A stretch of DNA of 42,658 nt, taken from positions 1-42,658 of the IMG/VR virus record IMGVR_UViG_3300045988_050593; one strand, written 5' to 3'. Shown here piece after piece: positions 7,672 to 16,192 of this stretch (within the stretch, counting starts at the first letter, position 1; each line of letters starts with the position of its first letter). The notes below the pieces were generated by a model. That model worked only from the letters and a program-made list of their open reading frames with translations, made no database searches and was not told the origin of the DNA. Both the position numbers and the translations under genes were made by a program. The stretch is from a virus.

Positions 7672-8865
7672 TTACACCTCGCCAGCGTAGAGGTCACCGG
7701 AATAGTAATAGTACGGTTCAAGGATCTTGACCGTCTCCGTGACCTCTACGGATAATTTAGTTGTGCTGTTGATGTTGACCGGATTCGGGGTGAAAACCGC
7801 CGATGTGATCTCAAAAATCTTAACGACGAAGCCCTCGCTTGTTTTGGCTGAGAGCGTCGTCGGGTCGCTGTCGCCCTCGGAGTTATAGGCGACGAGCTTG
7901 TAGGTGTATGTGTTGTTCGGCTCAACGCTTGAATCCGTGTACGTCGTGCCGGTCTGCGTGGAGATAAGCGTGCCGTCTCTGTACAGTTTGTACCCTGTAC
8001 ACTCGACCGCGCCCCATGCAACAGAAAGGCTAAAGTAGTCCTTTGCCGTTTGGCGGAAGTTTGCAGGGGTGTCAGGAACTTGCTTGTACAGCTCAAGGCA
8101 GGTAATGCGCACGTAGCCGTCGCCGGAGTGGCCGGCCTCGGACGATCCGCCGGGCGCGGTAAACGACGTGTTGCCCGCCTTTGTGCTGGCGTTGGTCAGA
8201 TAATACGCCGAGCCGAGCAGATAGCCGCTCGGGGCGTTTTTGCCTGTCCAGACAAAGCCGGAGCCGCCGCCACCGCCGCGGTCGTCGTCGCCGGAGCTAT
8301 CCGGGAAAGAGCCGCCGCCGCCGTACCATCCGCCGCCGCCAGCGCCAGCGTAGCCGTTGCTCGCAGCTTTGCCCTCGCCGCCTTGCCCGAATGTTCCGGC
8401 GTTTCCGCTACCGCCCGTGCCTCCGGACGTCTGCGTTCCGCCGCCACCGCCGGAGCCGTAGTTCTGCGTCGCGGTGCCGCCCGTCTCGCCGCCGCCGTAC
8501 ATGCCGTTTTTGTTGGTCGCGCCGTCTGAGCCGCCGCCGCCCGCCACGATGACGCGGGCGTATAAGCTGTCCGTCCCGACGCGAATATCCGTCGCGCCGC
8601 CGCCGCCGTTGTACGTTGCACGCGCGCCGCCGCCGTTAAAGCCGCCGCTGGTCCTGCCCGTGTTACCGGAACCACCGACGTAGACATACAGGGTGGTTTG
8701 CTTTTCAAGCGAGATTTCGCCCACACTGTACCCGCCGAGACCGCCGTATGACGAGCTGCTGCGATAGCCGCCCTGCGCGCCCCAACATTCCAGCTTATAG
8801 CGGCCGGGCTTGAGGGTAACGGTTCGCTTTGCTCCCGTGTAGGCGTAGTTTGTTACAGTGCTCAT
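7672..8865 (-). CDS. Glycine-rich domain protein with an FN3 domain (tail fibre/adhesin candidate)
   Basis: The N-terminus reads YKLECWGAQGG ... GGLGGY ... VYVGGSGN ... GGGGATDIR ... VAGGGG ... GYVRI, the pattern of the Gly_rich family (as in the ALK glycine-rich domain). This is followed by PDTPANF...YKLYRDG...YTYKLVAYNSEGDS (FN3). Confidence 0.75.
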   Translation of the reverse strand: MSTVTNYAYTGAKRTVTLKPGRYKLECWGAQGGYRSSSSYGGLGGYSVGEISLEKQTTLYVYVGGSGNTGRTSGGFNGGGARATYNGGGGATDIRVGTDSLYARVIVAGGGGSDGATNKNGMYGGGETGGTATQNYGSGGGGGTQTSGGTGGSGNAGTFGQGGEGKAASNGYAGAGGGGWYGGGGSFPDSSGDDDRGGGGGSGFVWTGKNAPSGYLLGSAYYLTNASTKAGNTSFTAPGGSSEAGHSGDGYVRITCLELYKQVPDTPANFRQTAKDYFSLSVAWGAVECTGYKLYRDGTLISTQTGTTYTDSSVEPNNTYTYKLVAYNSEGDSDPTTLSAKTSEGFVVKIFEITSAVFTPNPVNINSTTKLSVEVTETVKILEPYYYYSGDLYAGEV

Positions 8866-8868
8866 TCG

Positions 8869-10320
8869 TTACGCACCTGCCAGCGTCAGGCTTGCAGCGA
8901 CGGTGTTTGACAGCGTGATCTCCATCTTGGCGATATTGCCCGTCACGGTCGTGCCCCACGGTGTGGGGACGGTGACGCAGTCGCCTAAAATCTCGCCGTC
9001 AAGCACGATCTTCGCGTTGGCCTGGTCTCGTTTTGCGTAGTAGTCATAGACGCGCTGCGCGACGGCCTGCCCGATAGCAGGGGAGACAAGCGTCGCGTCC
9101 GTCACCTTTTTTTCGTTCGACTTCGTATTTGCCGTGACGTTGGGGTTTGTCACAGTGTATACCGTCTGCGTGTCGGTGTACTTTTTGCCGCCGATCTCAA
9201 CGCCGCCGTTGGCGTCCTCGGCGTAGGAATGTGCAGTGACAGATACCGACGTGACAAGCGCGTCCGTCGTGACCGTCGCTCCCTGATACGTTCTGCCCTC
9301 GCCGATGGTTTCGGCCGTGTCGTCAAGGGTAAAGACGCGGATTTTGTAACCGCCGTCCGTCGCCGCGCACACTCCCCACGCGAAAAGCACTTGCTGCAAA
9401 GCCGCGCGCTTTGTTGCCGCTTGAATGACGCCGGACAGATTCACGTCCGTGACGGTCCCGAAGTCAATTTCAAAGTCGTTTCCGACGATTTCCGCGAACA
9501 GTGCCTTTGCGGATTTGTCCGCGTAAAATCCACCTGAAAAAGCTGCATCGTCCAAAACGCCAAGCGAGTCCTTGCAGTCGATTTTGTAAACGCTTGTCGA
9601 CGATCTCGCAGACTGGTTGATGTAGTAAACACCAATGAGATGGTTGTCCGTCCACGCCTCGACCGGCTGCTTCTCCTGAAACAGATAAGCGACGTTCGCC
9701 CGGTTGTCCAGCGTCCACGTCATGGTGGAGGTCGGAAGTTCGACGGCTACAGTGTGCATCTCCTGCACGATCTGCACGTTGCGCAGCTCCGCCATTCCAA
9801 ACTCGCGGATGACGCCGAACACAATGCCAGTTAGTCTCGCATACCGCCGCGGCAGCCACGTTTTTTTGATCGTCAGGACGATTTTGTCAAAGGCGACGAC
9901 CGTCTGCTCGCAGAACTGAATGTCGGACGTCACGGCAAAATCTTTGCTTGTCTTGAGCGTTGTTCCCTGATACCACGCGACATTCACGAGCGACGGCCTG
10001 CCGGGGAAATCGGACATAAGCGTCACGCCGACGGAGGAATACGCCTGCGAAAAAGTGATCGTGATAACGGGCGCGTTTTCAAACGCGCAGTCTGCGCCGG
10101 ACATGGCCGACGACCAGAAGGAAACCGTCTGGCCGTTGTGAACATCACGAGAGCCGTCCAAAGCCCATTGGTTTAGTTCCAGCGTCGCAAGCGCCGCCGT
10201 GGTGCCGTCGCTTACCAGCTCAGTGGGGGAGGAAAACCCATTTTCCGAGCTGGTGGCGACGGTCGCGTTGTCCGCGGATCCCGGCGCAATATCCTTGTAG
10301 ACGATTTTTGACGTGCTCAT
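8869..10320 (-). CDS. Tail-associated / baseplate hub-like protein (483 aa)
   Basis: Start at MSTSKIVYKD (ATGA overlap with the upstream gene). It is the second gene after the TMP, the canonical Tal position. No lysin domain recognised. Confidence 0.7.
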   Translation of the reverse strand: MSTSKIVYKDIAPGSADNATVATSSENGFSSPTELVSDGTTAALATLELNQWALDGSRDVHNGQTVSFWSSAMSGADCAFENAPVITITFSQAYSSVGVTLMSDFPGRPSLVNVAWYQGTTLKTSKDFAVTSDIQFCEQTVVAFDKIVLTIKKTWLPRRYARLTGIVFGVIREFGMAELRNVQIVQEMHTVAVELPTSTMTWTLDNRANVAYLFQEKQPVEAWTDNHLIGVYYINQSARSSTSVYKIDCKDSLGVLDDAAFSGGFYADKSAKALFAEIVGNDFEIDFGTVTDVNLSGVIQAATKRAALQQVLFAWGVCAATDGGYKIRVFTLDDTAETIGEGRTYQGATVTTDALVTSVSVTAHSYAEDANGGVEIGGKKYTDTQTVYTVTNPNVTANTKSNEKKVTDATLVSPAIGQAVAQRVYDYYAKRDQANAKIVLDGEILGDCVTVPTPWGTTVTGNIAKMEITLSNTVAASLTLAGA

Positions 10321-10709
10321 GGCTTCACCTGCGCGTCCATTGGGACGAAATTGATCTCGATCTCGTCCCACACGTTTGTGCCGTCCGCCGCGCTGCGGAG
10401 CGAGCGCGTGCCGCTTGTGTAATATGCCTGATACGACAGCGACGTTTGCCCGTCCGCAGCTTCGAGGTTGACGTAGTCGTCGACGCTGTGCGAGATAAGG
10501 TAGTCCCACAGCGCATCAAAGTCTGCGTTGCTCTTCCCGTTGAAAAACGTGATCTTATGGCCGATGTAAGTTCCGATCACGTCGCGGATCATCCGGCCGG
10601 ACATGACGCGCCCGGCGTTGGAGCCGTCAAGGACGTTGAAGGTTTCCTCGATGTCCGAGATGGCGACGGTGACGTCGAACGACTGCCCGTTGATTTTGCA
10701 ATAGTTCAT
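10317..10709 (-). CDS. Distal tail protein-like small protein (130 aa)
   Basis: It lies immediately downstream of the TMP. SD is GGAGGGG. The assignment is by position only. Confidence 0.65.
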   Translation of the reverse strand: MNYCKINGQSFDVTVAISDIEETFNVLDGSNAGRVMSGRMIRDVIGTYIGHKITFFNGKSNADFDALWDYLISHSVDDYVNLEAADGQTSLSYQAYYTSGTRSLRSAADGTNVWDEIEINFVPMDAQVKP

Positions 10710-10712
10710 CCG

Positions 10713-13028
10713 TCACCCCTCCACCAGATTCACGCCGATGCGGCTCGTTTCGGCTTTGTTGAGCTTGTACACGATGCGGCCGAGCACCTGCCCGTCAAGG
10801 ACGAGCTGCGCTTCGGTCTGATTCCCGTACCCGCGCTCGGAAAGTGCCTGCTTAAACGCCTGCACCATCGTGGAGAGCGGCGTCTCGATGTTCGTCCCGC
10901 TCTTTTGGTCGCCAAGCACGGCGAGAAATTCGCGGTTCGGCGGGATAACGGCACCCTGGGCAAGGCGGGGAAGCGTGACGTTGCCCCAATCCGCCGTTGG
11001 GATATTGACGCCTGGGATGTAATTAAGCAGCCCAGTCACGCTGTTTACAAGGCTTGCAACGCCTCTCAGGATAAAGTTGATTCCGCTTTCGAGCGCGCCA
11101 ATAAAGCCGTTAAGCATGTCCTTTGCTTTTTCTTTCCAAAAGTCCGCGGTAAACACCTTGGCAATATGGGCATTCCAAAAAGCTTTGATCGACGTCCACG
11201 CGCCGCGAATCTTATCAAGGATGAGGTTCCAGTTCGGCGCAATCGCAGCCGCCAAACTTACGCCACCGGCAGCCATAAGGCCAAGACCAAGTGGAACATT
11301 TGCGCCGGAAAAGGTTAAGATTGCGCCAAGGACGAGAAGCGAAGCGCCAACAACCGCGGCGACAGCTCCGATTGGCCCGCGTAAAAGGCCGACAACAGTC
11401 TGCCAGTTTGCCGCGATGCTTGCCCCAAGCCCAAATGCGCCAGCAGCCAAAAGCCCAAGGCCAAGCGGGATGTTTGCGCCTGTAAAAAGCAACACCGCTC
11501 CGGTTACGAGAAGAGCTCCGCTTATCAACGCGACGATTTGAGAAATCGGCCCTTTTAGTTTCGAGAGCATCGTGCTCCACTTCGGAGCGATTGCCGCCAT
11601 ACCGGCGAGGCCGGCAGCCAAAAGTCCGAGGCCAAGCGGGATGTTGGCACCGGAGATAAGCATGATTGCACCGACCGCAATCGCCGCTGCACTGACGATC
11701 GTGACAATCGCATTAAGCGTCCCGCCGAGTGCGTTTGTGATTGCTTCCCACCGCGCCGCAACCGGGGCGGCAAGGAATGCTGCCCCGCCGATCATAAGGC
11801 CAAGGCCAAGCGGGATGTTGACGCCGGAAAATGCAAGGATCGCACCGAGCGCCAGAAGCGACCCGCCGAGGATCATCATGATAGTTCCGATTTTCCCTTG
11901 CAAAAGCGCTTGCAGTTTGTCCCAGTTTTCGCTTATCACGCTCCACATCGTAATAGCGCCGATTGCCATCATCCCAATGCCGAGCGGGATATTTGCACCG
12001 GAAAATGCAAGGATCGCGCCGAGCGCAACGAGTCCTGCGCCGACAAAAAGCCCGACGATTGCCCCAAGCTGGTCAGAGATCATACCCGTAAAGTCCGGCT
12101 TTGTTCCTGATGCGCCGCCACCGCCCCCAGAATCCTTGTCTCCGATCTGGTTGATCTCGTCGAAGGCCGCGAGATATTTTCCGGATTTTTTCGCCGCACT
12201 GCCGACGCCGGAAAGCGCTTGCTGCTCGTCATATAGGTTTTTTGCCGACTCGGCATACGCGCCGACGGACGAGCCAAGGATCTTTGCGACGAGCTGTGTA
12301 ATTGCGTTAATTACCTGAGTTATGACGTTTACCAGCGTGGTAAACGCGGGTATCACGACCTGCACAAGCGGTTGCGCCAGCGTCCGAAGCGCGCCTTTTA
12401 GCTTTGCGATGGATTGCATCGCCTCGTCATTTGTCTGGATTGCTTGCCAGACGTATTCGCGGACGTTCCGCAGCGCTTTTGTGATGAGCGTAAAAACAAA
12501 AACGCGCTTTGCCAGTCCGGAAATCCGCTTTGCAAGTTTGTTAAAACGCTTTTCCGCTTCTCTCCCTGCGTCAGATAGCCTTTCTGTCTCTGCCGCCGCG
12601 TCAGCAACACTGCCGCTGGTTCCATCGGCTTCCGACCGCGCGCCAGCAAGCCGCGCCGCGTACTCTCCCGCGCTTTGCTCGGTTGCGGCAAGGGAACGCT
12701 CTCCGCGCGAAATTGAGATTTCAAGCCGTTCGGACTCTTTCGCCGCAGCGTCAAATTGCGCTTGAAGCTGTGAGACCTCTTGACTCTGCTTATAAAGAGC
12801 GCCGCTATCCGCTCCGGCCGAATTAAGCTCTTCAAGCTTTGCTTTTGCATCGTCAAGCTGCCATCCGATTTCTGAAAGCTCCTGCGAGAGCGCGGTTTTT
12901 CTGCTCTTTTTCTTGCTCAGCGCGTCGTTAAGCTTTTGCGCCTCGGCTTTTAGCTCGTTGAGTTTCTGCTCTGCATCTTTGTCATCGGCGTCGATCTGGA
13001 TGACGACCGACCCGTCGAATCCTGCCAT
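10713..13028 (-). CDS. Tail tape measure protein
   Basis: About 770 aa with an N-terminal coiled coil and five hydrophobic tandem repeats, located between the chaperone genes and the distal tail genes. ATG at 13028 (SD AGGTGA) is preferred over the TTG at 13049. Confidence 0.9.
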   Translation of the reverse strand: MAGFDGSVVIQIDADDKDAEQKLNELKAEAQKLNDALSKKKSRKTALSQELSEIGWQLDDAKAKLEELNSAGADSGALYKQSQEVSQLQAQFDAAAKESERLEISISRGERSLAATEQSAGEYAARLAGARSEADGTSGSVADAAAETERLSDAGREAEKRFNKLAKRISGLAKRVFVFTLITKALRNVREYVWQAIQTNDEAMQSIAKLKGALRTLAQPLVQVVIPAFTTLVNVITQVINAITQLVAKILGSSVGAYAESAKNLYDEQQALSGVGSAAKKSGKYLAAFDEINQIGDKDSGGGGGASGTKPDFTGMISDQLGAIVGLFVGAGLVALGAILAFSGANIPLGIGMMAIGAITMWSVISENWDKLQALLQGKIGTIMMILGGSLLALGAILAFSGVNIPLGLGLMIGGAAFLAAPVAARWEAITNALGGTLNAIVTIVSAAAIAVGAIMLISGANIPLGLGLLAAGLAGMAAIAPKWSTMLSKLKGPISQIVALISGALLVTGAVLLFTGANIPLGLGLLAAGAFGLGASIAANWQTVVGLLRGPIGAVAAVVGASLLVLGAILTFSGANVPLGLGLMAAGGVSLAAAIAPNWNLILDKIRGAWTSIKAFWNAHIAKVFTADFWKEKAKDMLNGFIGALESGINFILRGVASLVNSVTGLLNYIPGVNIPTADWGNVTLPRLAQGAVIPPNREFLAVLGDQKSGTNIETPLSTMVQAFKQALSERGYGNQTEAQLVLDGQVLGRIVYKLNKAETSRIGVNLVEG
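11205..12068 (-). repeat. Five tandem repeats of about 58 aa (174 nt) inside the TMP
   Basis: SGANIPLG-type motif at aa 350, 408, 466, 523 and 581 of the ORF. Each unit reads LGAILAFSGANIPLGLGLLAAG...W....L.G.IG. Confidence 0.85.
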
Positions 13029-13105
13029 GTAATCACCTACCCGTTGCAAGTATGCGAATGTTGGTGTATGATGAGATATACACCAACGTATTGGAGGGGA
13101 AGAAA

Positions 13106-13765
13106 ATGAAAACCATTAGATGTGAATCATGCGGCGCTGAGCTTGATAAAATCGTTCAGACGTGCCCAAACTGCGGCGCTCCGCTAAAAGCCGGGCGTAA
13201 CCTGGTCGAATGCCGCACTTGCGGCGAGTATGTCGCCAAGGATGCAAAAAAGTGTCCAAACTGTGGCGCGAAGCACCCGAATAAGTCTCACCACACTGCA
13301 GCCGCCATCTGCTCGGTGATCGTCGTTATAACGGTGATCCTTATCGCAGTCGTCGCTTTTAGTGGCGGCTCCGGTTCAAGTGGGGGAGCTTCGCAAGGCA
13401 GCGGCACAAGTTCAGCAGATAAGCAAACGCCGGAGTATGTTACAGTTGACGCAACCGGTCTTTGGGACGCATACGTCAAAAACGAGGTAAACGCCGACAA
13501 CCTTTATAAAAGTAAGCTCGTCGCCGTCACCGGCGTTGTAACAAACATCGGGAAAGATGCCATAACGGACGCTCCGTGCGTTTCACTTGAAAGCGGAAGC
13601 GATTTCGGCCTTTATCCGATCCAGTGCTTTTTCCCCAAAAACAGAAACGACACAGAGCAGATCGCCGCACTGTCTGACGGTGACACCGTTACAATTTACG
13701 GTCGATGCACCGGGAAATCGGTATTTTACGTGCAGCTTTCCGAATGCAGCCTTTCCGCCGAATAA
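13106..13765 (+). CDS. Zinc-ribbon / single TM / OB-fold (tRNA_anti-like) membrane protein, an opposite-strand moron
   Basis: Start MKTIRCESCGAEL after the SD TTGGAGGGGAAG. Two CxxC...CxxC ribbons and the TM helix AAAICSVIVVITVILIAVVAF are followed by NEVNADNLYKSKLVAVTGVVTNIGKD...IQCFF...LSDGDTVTIYGRCTG. Confidence 0.8.
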   Translation: MKTIRCESCGAELDKIVQTCPNCGAPLKAGRNLVECRTCGEYVAKDAKKCPNCGAKHPNKSHHTAAAICSVIVVITVILIAVVAFSGGSGSSGGASQGSGTSSADKQTPEYVTVDATGLWDAYVKNEVNADNLYKSKLVAVTGVVTNIGKDAITDAPCVSLESGSDFGLYPIQCFFPKNRNDTEQIAALSDGDTVTIYGRCTGKSVFYVQLSECSLSAE

Positions 13766-13770
13766 GCCTC

Positions 13771-13797
13771 GCCGCCCCGATCTGGGGCGGCTTTTTT
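13771..13797 (+). terminator. Rho-independent terminator of the plus-strand moron
   Basis: gccgcccc / ggggcggc stem with a 5-nt loop, followed by tttttt. Confidence 0.8.
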
Positions 13798-14344
13798 ACA
13801 CCCACTTGCCGACAGCTTCGTTTTCCGCCGCCGTATACGTCCGCTTAAAATCGACGAGTTTCCGGTTCTGCTGGTAAAATTCACGCTCGGCAGCGTCCAG
13901 CTTCTTCCCTTTCAGCTTCTTCCTCCGGATACCGACCACCTGCGCAAATGTGCAGTCTCCAATTTCCTGATACGCCGCGAGGAAGGTATACCAATGAAGA
14001 TATTTCATCGCGCGAATCTCTTCCCCGAGAATGCGGTTCACCGGCGCGACGATGAGCGGGAAATCCTGCTGCCAGTCCATCAGTTTGGGCTGCCGCTTTG
14101 CGTTTTCCTCCGTCTCGCCGCCGTTGATAAACGAGGTGCACTGCTTCAAAGCCTCGGTGTAATCTTCGGCTGGCATATCCAAAAAATCAGGGTAAAAGCA
14201 CTCAAGCGTTTCCAGCGCCTTGTTTTCGTTGTCAAGCTCAGGGTCTGAAAGCGCGGAAATAATATCAAGCACGACTCGATAATCGGAGCGAATCGCATAT
14301 TCCCGCCCGTTGACTGTCACGCTCGTCGGCAGCTCGTATGTCAT
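13796..14344 (-). CDS. Gp15-like tail assembly protein (182 aa)
   Basis: VNGREYAIRSDYRVVLDIISAL matches the remembered Phage_Gp15 family signature. It is the gene directly upstream of the TMP. Confidence 0.7.
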   Translation of the reverse strand: MTYELPTSVTVNGREYAIRSDYRVVLDIISALSDPELDNENKALETLECFYPDFLDMPAEDYTEALKQCTSFINGGETEENAKRQPKLMDWQQDFPLIVAPVNRILGEEIRAMKYLHWYTFLAAYQEIGDCTFAQVVGIRRKKLKGKKLDAAEREFYQQNRKLVDFKRTYTAAENEAVGKWV

Positions 14345-14760
14345 TTGTGATACTTGGCGGAATACTTACGGATTCTCGGAGACTGCGCTTTCTGCTCTCG
14401 CGCAAACGCGCTGTCTGTCTCGTCCATTACCGCAAGCATAAGGTTCGCCCACACCGGGAGCCCGTCCGCGAGCGCGTAGACATTCATTTCTCCAAAAAGC
14501 GGCGTGCAAACGTCCTGCTCAAACGTCTCATTGATGATGTCTCTCATCTCCGAGTCGAGTTTGCGAGCCGTCGTGAAGATCTCGCGCGTGCCCTTGTTCT
14601 TCTCGGCCTCGGCTTTGTAGTCCTCCTGCTTTTTGTCGAGCGTGTCAAAAGCGGTAAAAAGCCGTTCCACAAACGTGCTGTCGGTAGGGTTAAAACTGAC
14701 CTCGCACGCACCGTTAAGGTTATACGTGACTACGCCAGTGTCAAAATTAAGGTCTTTCAT
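14341..14760 (-). CDS. Tail assembly chaperone-like protein (139 aa)
   Basis: It lies between the major tail protein and the Gp15-like gene. SD is GGAGGGAA. Confidence 0.65.
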   Translation of the reverse strand: MKDLNFDTGVVTYNLNGACEVSFNPTDSTFVERLFTAFDTLDKKQEDYKAEAEKNKGTREIFTTARKLDSEMRDIINETFEQDVCTPLFGEMNVYALADGLPVWANLMLAVMDETDSAFAREQKAQSPRIRKYSAKYHK

Positions 14761-14803
14761 GCGGTTCCCTCCAAAAAAATCAGGGCGGCTATGCCGCCCT
14801 TTT

Positions 14804-15325
14804 TTAGCCTGCCGTAAACGTCACGGTGCCGCCGGAAACGGACGCCGTACCAGTGACGCGAGTGCCGCCGTATGTGACGTCAATCGGCATGCCGATATTG
14901 CCGCCACCCTCGCCGCCAAGGCCGGACGGCTTGACAGAGCATGCCGAATACCGCTCGGCAAAAACAGCCGTGTTTTCCGTGCCTGCGTAAAGGTGGACGA
15001 TCAGCATATCGAGGTTTGCCAGCGCCTGCGCGTTCTGGTCTTTGATGGCGAGATTCCAGATTTTTTCCTGCGCCTTATCGTCAGAATCAAGCTCGCAGGG
15101 ATCAAAGGTCTGCGTGATAGTCGGCTTTTTGAGCGTGGTATAGGTGTTCCCGAAGATGTCCTGCTTGGACTCTTCGCCCCAGTCAAGCTCTTCGCTCGAG
15201 TCCTCGACGCGCTTGCCGATCGGCGACCACACAGGCTCCGAAGACGTGCTCGTGTTAAGGTACGCGACAAGCAGCTCGCGCGCTACGGTCTGTCCTGCGG
15301 TCGTGTTAAAGGTAAGATCAGCCAT
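14804..15325 (-). CDS. Major tail protein (173 aa)
   Basis: Position, size and a TP901-1/phi13-like pattern (LLVAYLNTS...WSPIGKRVEDSSEELDW). SD is GAGGTGA. Confidence 0.8.
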   Translation of the reverse strand: MADLTFNTTAGQTVARELLVAYLNTSTSSEPVWSPIGKRVEDSSEELDWGEESKQDIFGNTYTTLKKPTITQTFDPCELDSDDKAQEKIWNLAIKDQNAQALANLDMLIVHLYAGTENTAVFAERYSACSVKPSGLGGEGGGNIGMPIDVTYGGTRVTGTASVSGGTVTFTAG

Positions 15326-15327
15326 GT

Positions 15328-15792
15328 TTATATCACCTCATATGTCAGTTTTAATAAGATTTGGTAGTCCTCGTAGCCGTCCTCATAGGCGGAAAACTTG
15401 GACGATTGCGTTACCGGCTCAACCTTGATCGCCCGCACCCCGTCGCCGAGGTTCGGGGCGTTCTCGCGCGCCCAGTCGCCAAAGCGGTTGAGCAGCGCAT
15501 CGGCCTTGAGCCGTTTGTCGTTGCTTTTTGCCGGTTTAAGCCGGTAAATGAGCTTGAATTGATATTCGGCCTGATGGCCGCCGAGAATATAACGCTTTGT
15601 GATGTACGTCCCTTGGATCGTCGAGATCGCCATCCCTGTTTCGTCGCCCGTAGCCGAGTCGACTTCAAGGAACTCATACCGGATGACGGAGACGGGCTTG
15701 TCGGGGAAGCCGTTCGCCCACGTCAGAATCTTCCGGGAAATGTCGTCGACCTCCGCGGCGGTCACAAGCTGTTTCGGTTTGTTACTTTCCAT
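15328..15792 (-). CDS. Tail terminator / tail completion protein (154 aa)
   Basis: Assigned by position in the head-tail joining block. The family assignment is tentative. Confidence 0.65.
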   Translation of the reverse strand: MESNKPKQLVTAAEVDDISRKILTWANGFPDKPVSVIRYEFLEVDSATGDETGMAISTIQGTYITKRYILGGHQAEYQFKLIYRLKPAKSNDKRLKADALLNRFGDWARENAPNLGDGVRAIKVEPVTQSSKFSAYEDGYEDYQILLKLTYEVI

Positions 15793-16192
15793 CCGTCATC
15801 ACCTTTTCGGCCACTCTGACCCATTTTTCAAGGTTCTCGGCCTTGGACGCCTCAAACCAGTGCGATTGCGCCTGCCCGTGCATCGACGTGTTAAAAACGA
15901 GGTTTTTGTCCGTCAGCACCTTGTGCTGCCCTTTCGGAGCGTATGCGCTGCCGGTGTTCGGATCGACCATCAGCTTGCCGTAGTACAAATACCGTGCATA
16001 CGGGCCGGGATAGACGATCTGATTCCCGATAACGCGCGTCCGCTGGCTCATGCTTCCGGTCAGCGCCGGTGTGTATGGTTCCGTGTCCTTATGCGCCTGC
16101 ACAGCGACGGCGTGCTCTGCCTTTTCCTTGTTTGTCTTAAGCGCTGCGACAATGGGCGCAGGGTCGAATTTGATCGTAAAGGTCAGCATCAC
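15782..16192 (-). CDS. Head-tail joining protein (minor capsid protein-like, 136 aa)
   Basis: Assigned by position. PYTPALTGSMSQRT...YARYLYYGK resembles HK97 gp10 / minor capsid family patterns. Confidence 0.65.
   Translation of the reverse strand: MMLTFTIKFDPAPIVAALKTNKEKAEHAVAVQAHKDTEPYTPALTGSMSQRTRVIGNQIVYPGPYARYLYYGKLMVDPNTGSAYAPKGQHKVLTDKNLVFNTSMHGQAQSHWFEASKAENLEKWVRVAEKVMTDGK

Noticed and set aside
8050-8726. Several long overlapping ORFs (159, 123, 176 and 69 aa) on both strands inside the Gly-rich tail gene
   Set aside because: They are Arg/Ala/Pro-rich translations of alternative frames of GGN-rich, high-GC coding sequence. They have no SD sites and are fully nested in a well-supported gene.
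10308-11318. 336-aa plus-strand ORF antisense to the TMP and distal tail genes
   Set aside because: Same reasoning: an antisense high-GC open frame with no ribosome-binding site and no recognisable motifs.
11205-12068. A CRISPR-like array, suggested by regularly spaced repeats
   Set aside because: The repeats are 174-nt coding units in frame within the tape measure gene, with divergent copies and no short identical repeat-spacer structure. I saw no CRISPR array anywhere in the window.
13796-14760. Programmed -1 frameshift between the two tail assembly genes upstream of the TMP (G/GT-type)
   Set aside because: The second ORF has its own ATG in an ATGA overlap with the first stop. I found no XXXYYYZ slippery heptamer near the end of the first ORF (...CCGCCAAGTATCACAAATGA). 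The arrangement fits two separate Gp14/Gp15-like genes.
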